DNA from: Eledone cirrhosa
Lineage: Eukaryota
NCBI GenBank assembly: GCA_964016885.1
Contig: OZ024741.1
Coordinates: 300,018,001-300,082,000 of the forward strand
Length of the DNA stretch: 64,000 bases
Direction: 5' to 3'
The translations under genes were made by a program, and so were the position numbers. Of the stretch, positions 55,762 to 64,000 are shown one piece after another. Positions within the stretch are counted from its first letter, which is position 1. The number at the start of each line of letters is the position of its first letter. Under the pieces are notes generated by a model. It had not been told where the DNA came from and ran no database searches. It saw nothing but the letters and a program-made list of their open reading frames with translations.

Positions 55762-55970
55762 TTTGGCAGTATCAGTAGAGGGTCGGAAGCCATGATTTCC
55801 AGCATAGTTACGTCCCTTCACGATCTGAGTTCAAATCCCGCCGAGGTTGACTTTGCCTTTCATCCTTACGGGGTCGATAAAATAAAGTACCAGTAATGCA
55901 CTGGGTATTTGCTGGCCTTGTGCCTAAAAGTAGAAACAATTATTATTATTATTACTATTATTATTACTTA
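55762..55970 (+). mobile_element. SINE family A inserted at the LINE (ATT)n tail
   Basis: Family sequence with a long (ATT)n tail. Confidence 0.9.
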
Positions 55971-56059
55971 TTTTTTCTTTCCCAATTCAAAGATGTTCCA
56001 AAGCAATATAAATGAGATTATTGTCAATAAGTGTTCTGGAACAAAAGAGATAATTGGCA

Positions 56060-58800
56060 ATAGGGGCAGGGGCCCCAGGTTATCACAGCCTGGCCCCGCT
56101 CCTCATCGTGCCACTGTAATAGAGCCAAACAAGACATTTAGTCTTGGCTGCTGGAACGTACGGACACTGCTTGACAGAGATTCCTTGGAACGTCCTGAAC
56201 AAAGTACCGCTCTTGTTGCAAAGGAGCTTCGACGTTACGATCTTGACATCGTAGCTTTATCTAAGACGAGGTTAGCTGGAGATGGTCATCTTACAGAATT
56301 TTGTGGAGAATATACATTCTTCTGGAAAGGAAGAGATGAAGGAACCAGAAGAGATGTTGGGGTACCATTTGCTGTTAAGACTGCTCTTGTGGATAAATTA
56401 GTAGTATTCCCAGTGGGGATTAGTGAGCGTCTTATGTCCATGAAAATTCCGCTGGACAAAGGCAGATATGCGACCCTGGTGAGTGTGTATGCTCAAACTA
56501 TGAATTATGTCGATAAAGAAGAAGTGTCCTTTTACTATGCCTTGAAAGATGTTTTAAGAAATATCCCTCAGGCAGACAAAGTCATCGTGCTTGGTGACTT
56601 TAATGCTAGAGTGGGTAGGGATTTTAACACATGGATTGTAATCGGAAGACATGGGGTGGGAATGTGTAACAACAATGGTATGCTCCTTCAGTAGATGTGT
56701 GAGGAGCTGGATCTCTGTGTTACCAACACCATGTTCCAACAAAAGAACAAATTTAAGACTACATGGGTGCATCCTGCTTCTAAGGATTGGCATCTTTTGG
56801 ACTACGCCCTTGTCAGGATGCGTGACAGACGGTATGTGCAGTGTGTTCGTGCTCTTCGTAGAGCTGGGTGCTGGACGGATAACTGCCTGGTACGCGCAAA
56901 AGTGAAACTAATTACTAAACGCTCCTGGTGTTACCCTGCCCAGAAGATTGAATGCTGTTCGTCTTAGGGATAAAAATGTGAAGAGGACATTGCGAGAAAA
57001 GTTGCAGGCTGCAGATCTTGGTGAGGATTGGCCGACCCTTAAAAAGTCGGTTTATAATGTAGGTAGGCGTGTTCTGGGATTGGTGCAGAGAAAACATCAA
57101 GACTGGTTTAATGAGAATCATGAGCATATAGAAGACTTGTTGGCTGATAAGAGGCGTGGTCTGTCACGCTACTTGAAAGCAAAACCTCAGAGAAGAATAT
57201 GTTGCATAAGGAACTCAAGGATGGAGTGATGGAGTGAGAAGACTGATGAGATACAATCTGCATCAGACTCCAATAACAAAAAGCTGTTGTAGAGTCTCTT
57301 GCGTCAAGTTTATGGACCGTCTTCTTCTCTGGTGACACCGCTTCGCAGCAAAGATGGCAAAGAACTTCTTCGCGACTCACAAGGAATTCTATAAAGGTAG
57401 CGAGAGCACTTTCATGAACTTTTGAATCAGCCGTCTCTCGTCAATGAAGATTTCCTCAATCTCATTCCAGAAAGTCCTATGAATGTAGCTCTCGCAGGCG
57501 TCAGTCGCTTGTGGATGTTGCAGTAGCTATCTCGAAGCTGAAAAGGGGAAAGTCTCCAGGTATGGATGGCATACATGCAGAGCTCCTACAATAGGGTGGT
57601 GAGAGACTTCTGCAACATCTTCACTCTTTGTTTGGCAGGATATGGGCTAATGTATCCGTACCTGAGGACTGGAGAGATGCAGTAATGGTGGTCCTGTACA
57701 AGGGAAAGGGTAGCAGGAATGATTGTGGGAACTACAGGGGTTTATCATTTCTTTCTGTCGTAGGGAAAGTTTTATGTAGGGTGCTTGTGGATCATCTGCT
57801 GACACACATTGCAGATTGTGTTCTTCCTGAAAGTCAATCTGATTTTCGTGCTGGACGCGGCACTACTGATATGATCTTCTCAGCTAGACAGCTCCAGGAA
57901 AAGTGCATGGAACAAGGTTTGGATCTGTAAAGCTTTCGATACTGTTAACAGAAATGCAATGTGGAAGATTCACCAGAAAATTGGTTGCCCTGATAAGTTC
58001 CTTGCTTTGGTTAGGTCTTTCCATGACGACATGAAGACTTGGGTTAATGTCGGAGGTAAGATCTCGGAGCCTATCTCAGTAAAAAATGGAGTGAAACAGG
58101 GGATATTCCAGCACCCACCCTGTTTGCCATATACTTTGCAATGGTTTTCTATATTGCATTCAGGTATTGCTAGCATAGTGTTTACATCCAATATCGAACC
58201 TCAGGCAGTATATTTAACATCAGGCGCTTTGCTGCAAAAACAAATGTATTTACATCAATCATAAGAGACCTCTTGTATGCAAATGATTGCGATCTTGTAG
58301 CGCACACAGAGAGTGATACGCAGCATATTTTGAATGCATTTTCTGATGCCCTAGGATTGACTATAAGTCTCAAGAAAGCCCTCGTCAAGTACCAACCTGC
58401 CCGTTAGGCAGTACAGTGAACCAAATATCTATGTGTATGGTAAACGACTTGGAGTGGTTGATCAGTTGTCTACTTGGGAAGCACTGTCAATCGATACAGC
58501 AACCATGATAATGAAATCCCACTCAGGATTAGGAAAGCAAGTGATGCTTTCGGAAAGCTAGAAAGGCGACTCTGGGTTCGGCGAGACATATGCAAGAAAA
58601 CAAAGATAAAAGTGTACAAGGCATGTGTGTTCTCTTCTCTTCTTGATGCCTGAGAGACCTAGGTCACATATCAACATCACGTTAAGCAATTGGAGCGTTT
58701 CCATCAGATGTCTCAGACGGATCCATGGCGTTCACTGGTACACCACATCAGCGATGTCCAGATTTTGGAAAGCTCTCTGTGTGACAGTATAGAAGGGGGC
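56060..58800 (+). mobile_element. RTE (BovB-like) LINE, decayed
   Basis: WNVRTLLD, TALVAKELRRYDLDIVALS, LGDFNARVG, GKSPGMDGI, CGNYRGLS, LPESQ..FR..RGTTDMIF..RQLQEKC, KAFDTV, GVKQG, LLYAND. Confidence 0.93.
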
Positions 58801-59847
58801 AGCCATCATATATGTACGCATGTATGTATACTTAAACTATATTTCTAAGTATATACCATCTTTAATTATTTCATTTATCTCCGATGATTTGCTAAATGCA
58901 GACATGATATAAATGAATAACGAAAACAAAAACAAATACTCCTATTCAGCTCTTGTAGATGATTGTGTAAGAGTAATTTAACACATGTTATGTAATAGAA
59001 TGTAATAAATCTTACTTCAAATATCCCCTTTTTCTTGTATAATTTTTTCTCATATTTTTATTAAATTACCCCGTGAATTCTTTGAATCTTCTACCATGCT
59101 CGAAGATCTGGAGGATTATATTAAATAATTCCATCATACACGTTGACAACAACTATCTGGTATGTTTTGTTTTCATATTCAATCAACACAAATACGAATT
59201 AACCAACATAAAGGCTCGAACGTGCTGCATTCAAGAGAAATAACATTAAGTTGGTATATCATTTCCAATACTAGGGAATCATTCCGTTACTTAGATCGAA
59301 TAAAGTCTGTTTTGGAAGTAGTCACCACTCCTGTTAGTATTAAAACTATACCAAGGTTTAAAAAAAGCAAGGGGAGAGATATTGAAAATGATGTCGAATA
59401 TGTGCATCAGCCCCCAAAATAACATCATATCAAAAGACTGTTGGTGACAGAGAAGGTACCAAGTTGAACAACCACACCCTCATTTTAAGCATCACTGCCT
59501 GCTTGTGGCCATAAGTATGTGTTAAAGTTAATGTGGAGTTTCAATTACAAGTTCTATCCCACAGTTTAACATGTGCTATTATGTCTTTTGTCAGGATATA
59601 CCGCTTGCACGCTGAAATCAGGTATATAATCAGGCGATTGCCAGCATCGCTGTCATGTACATGGATTTTCAAATTTTCGAATTTTCGAAGATATGACATG
59701 AGATCTGTATTTTTTGGAGAAGGTGTTAGGCTTATATTCTGCTACATCATTACTTATTTTCAGTGAGTGGGATATCTTTATTGCTGCAATAAAGAAATCG
59801 AATAATGCTACGAGAATGGAAGACAATAAACGCCGCAAGTACGTTGT

Positions 59848-59955
59848 TCCCGCCGAGGTTAACTTTGTTTTCATCCTTACGGGGTCGATAAAATAAAGTA
59901 CCAGTAATACACTGGGTAATTGCTGGCCTTGTGCCAAAAGTAGAAACAATTATTA
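59848..59955 (+). mobile_element. 5'-truncated SINE family A
   Basis: tcccgccgaggttaactttg...agaaacaattatta. Confidence 0.9.
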
Positions 59956-60557
59956 CACTGTTAGAATATTCAGCAGTCCATTGCCTCTTTTGTGTATCTG
60001 TAAGGTCATGCATATCAGGAAAATAGAATTCGTTCATACATTTTCAATCGATTCTATCTAACTAATTTTTGGCACAAATAACATCTAAATACATCAGTTT
60101 ACAATGCTATCCCAGATGTTTACTAGTGCATATGTCATATGGAATTACTCATCAGAAATTGGCTCTCATTTTCCTGTAATTAACGACCAATACATTGAGA
60201 AATTGTCGAAATATCTGTACCGCAGGGGCCACAACTTCTTCATTTGTCATTGTGCTAATTATTAACTTATGTAAAAGTTTATGAATGCAATCTGAATGAG
60301 AACCTCCTCTTCGTGACGCCATATTGTTTACAGTTACACCACACTTGCCAAATCTCAATGGTGAACAGGCCTATAGAACAGCTAAATTTGTGAATAATAA
60401 TTAAAACCTTCCGGAATCGAAATAACATCTACTCCTATAATTATTGCAAAGATATAGATATATTCAGATGCGTTTTAAAAAATAACTTTTCTGATACATG
60501 CACACACACACAATCACAAGCACTCACAAACACACACACGCACACACACAATGTACA

Positions 60558-60602
<45 letters not shown>

Positions 60603-60621
60603 TCACACACACACACACACA

Positions 60622-60672
<51 letters not shown>

Positions 60673-60720
60673 ATGTGTGTTAGTGTGCATATATATACGT
60701 ATGTATATATATATATATAT

Positions 60721-61067
60721 ATATCAATGATATTAATAAATGGAAATTATATTTATAAAACGTTATTTATTCTATTATATATATTTCAAGGGTACCAACA
60801 CTTTGGTACCCTCTCAACAGATAAAATACAAAGTTTGTTTTATAAATATTGATGTATCCAGGAATGAGATCTTAAGGGTTCAAGTTTCACCTGCATAGTG
60901 AAACTTGAACCGTTAACGTCTCATTCTTGGATATGTCAATATTTATAAAACAAACTTTGTATTTTACCTGATGAGTGCATACAAAAGTTGTAGTACCCTT
61001 TTAATATATATAATAGAATAAATATCGTTTCATAAATATAATTTTCATTAATTTATATCATTGATAT
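60721..61067. mobile_element. ~347-bp fold-back built from an HHR-bearing pLTR
   Basis: Arms of ~170 bp around a 7-nt loop (60891-60897); each arm carries an HHR. Confidence 0.88.
60768..60828 (-). ncRNA. Minimal type I HHR (A6->U mutation)
   Basis: tattttat CTGTTGA g-agggtacca-aagtgt-tggtaccct-t GAAA tatata TA^ atagaata. Stem I 8 bp, stem II 10 bp, palindromic loop III. The mirror arm (60960-61020) has intact CTGATGA but has lost GAAA. Confidence 0.8.
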
Positions 61068-61104
61068 TATACTCCAGAAAACTTGTCGAATGCTTCGAAT
61101 CTGT

Positions 61105-62258
61105 TATAGCTGAAGTCGTAGACTAAAATACTAACTAGGAAACCGAATGAATCTCCGCTTCAGAGTTAAGAATAAAGTAAATAAAATACAATACAGAGGT
61201 AATAGAAATTAAATAAATACATACACGCATGCTAATACGCACATACACAAGCATACGCGAAAACACTTGCCATAGGTATACACGCACATATAAATATGTG
61301 TGCGTGTGTGTGCGTGTATACAAATAAATAAATAATTAAATAAATATATATAAATAAATAAATACGTATATAACAAGCGCTCACACATACCTACATGTAA
61401 ATACACTAATGTTCGGAGACGTAAGTCAACCAAAACATGAAGTACACATATACACATACCCTACATACGTACGAACCTGCATACTCACACAGACGTAAAA
61501 CTCCCGTATACACATAACCAAACCATATGTACCAGAATATATAAAAAATTATACGCCATAACATGCACACACACACACACACATATTTATATGTGCGTGG
61601 TTTTGTATACCTATGGCAAGTGTTTTCGCGTATGCTTGTGTATGTACGAATTTGCATGCGTGTATGTATTTATTTAATTTCTATTACCTCTGTATTGTAT
61701 TTTGTTTACTTTATTCTTAACTCTGAAGTGGAGATTCATTTGGTTTCCTAGTTAGAATTTTAGTCTACGACTTCAGCTATACCATTTACGTGGTTTTGAC
61801 TTTGCGTGCAATTGTTCTCCCCGCACCACATATGACGTATTATCTTCGTTTTTTTTGTTCATTGCCAGAGAACGTCTCTATGAACCACCTAAGAGAACAT
61901 TAGTCTACGACTTCTTTTATACCATAAACGCGGTTCTGTCTTTGCGCGTAATTGTTTTTCACTGCTCCTATTAATGAGGTATTATATTCGTTTTTTCCCG
62001 TTCTTTGCCAGGGAACGTTTCCACGAACCAAAGTATCGTCTTCCTGTCTTCCTCCGGTTGCAACGTTTTTTGAAATATCCACTTCTGCGTTTACAGATTG
62101 ACTTTGTTAGTTTCAGAAGATCCCGTTAAGGGCGAAAGCAGCGATTCTTTGCTTAAACTTTAATCTGTTATTTTAATAAATATTTGCTCTACGGTTCTTA
62201 TATATTTGATATATATTTATCCTTATCTTTGGATTTTAGTCTTCAAATTTATTATTAT

Positions 62259-62262
<4 letters not shown>
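61105..62262. mobile_element. ORF-less Hydra-type pLTR pair in inverted arrangement
   Basis: 61105-~61563 (minus) and ~61565-62262 (plus) both align to the 24700-25720 3' region; ends at (TA)n(TG)n. Confidence 0.88.
62093..62168 (+). ncRNA. Extended type I HHR-like motif with CAGAAGA core (copy D)
   Basis: acagatt..agttt CAGAAGA tcccgttaagggc GAAA gca..tgc TT^ aaact..aatctgt. Confidence 0.7.
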
Positions 62263-62344
<82 letters not shown>

Positions 62345-62675
62345 GTGTGTGTGTGTGCAATGTGACGTATTTAGAAGGATGGGCCAATGTAATCGTTTCA
62401 TTTCACATCATACAATTAACGTTATTCCGTGAAAAATTAGTAGAAATTGCTCTTAGGAATAGTATTTCATCATAAATAATTCTATAATTATTATCTAAGT
62501 ATATCGCTATCTATATATATGTGTGTGTATGTGTGTGTGTGTTTGTGTGTGTGTGTATGTGTGTGTGTGTGTGTGAGTGTGTGTATATATGCATATGTGG
62601 TACCAGGAAAAACAGGAAGTATATATGCATATGTGTTACCAGGAAAAAGGCAGAAAGTATTTGTCAAAGGGAGAA

Positions 62676-63563
<888 letters not shown>

Positions 63564-63578
63564 GTATGAATGTATGTC

Positions 63579-64000
63579 TTTAGTCCTGCAGGATGTCCAA
63601 AATCACCCTCCTCACCAAGAAACCTTGGTGGGGTTGCCAGTTTAGTCGCCAACGACCCGACGTTGGACATCCTGCATGACTAAAAACAAAACCTGTCAAA
63701 GGGCAAAGGAGCTCTGAAGAGTCAATGGCCATCCAAAATCACCGGGAGAGATGACCTATTAACCTTTTTCAAGCCAGAATTCTAGAAGGAAAACTCTGAT
63801 ATAACACCTGTAACCCTGATGGTATCCAATGATGTTGACTTGTTCTTCTTTTTGGTAAATATCATCTTGGTTAAGAGAGTGGGACTGGCTTTGTGCAGTG
63901 CCTTTGCTCACTATAAAAGCTTCACGGCACAGGCATTGCTTTGTATCTGGAGATCTCTCTGCACTTGTCGTCACATGGTACCATGAGCCCAGCATTATGT
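63579..64000 (+). mobile_element. Probable 5'UTR of an RTE-type LINE (runs off the window)
   Basis: GC-richer block after a microsatellite containing ctagaaggaaaactctga, which I recall as typical of RTE 5'UTRs; no ORF motif is visible within the window. Confidence 0.4.

Overview
AT-rich, microsatellite-dense eukaryotic non-genic DNA. The SINE and repeat content suggests an octopod cephalopod, but this is an inference. I found no intact host gene; most listed ORFs are translations of (TA)n/(CA)n tracts. The window is dominated by decayed retroelements. These include Penelope-like elements (PLEs) of at least three types: two Neptune-like families, Hydra-type copies with a CxCx5Cx5C linker, and one Nematis/Penelope-like copy. 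There is also a ~9.6-kb pile-up of PLE, R4/Dong-like, Tx1/L1-like, SINE and RTE elements, plus about 10 tRNA-derived SINEs. Reading both strands by eye shows about 15 complete or near-complete hammerhead ribozyme (HHR) motifs and several half-motifs. They sit in PLE pseudo-LTRs (pLTRs) and in ORF-less 0.2-1.2 kb tandem or inverted modules that usually abut (TA)n tracts. Highlights: non-canonical cores (U3-A8 covariation, CAGAAGA); a 318-nt retrozyme-like tandem unit; inversion or truncation points that recur in HHR stem-loop II; and a conserved E2F/E-box/CCAAT-like tandem module in Neptune-like pLTRs. All structures were paired manually; no searches or folding programs were run.
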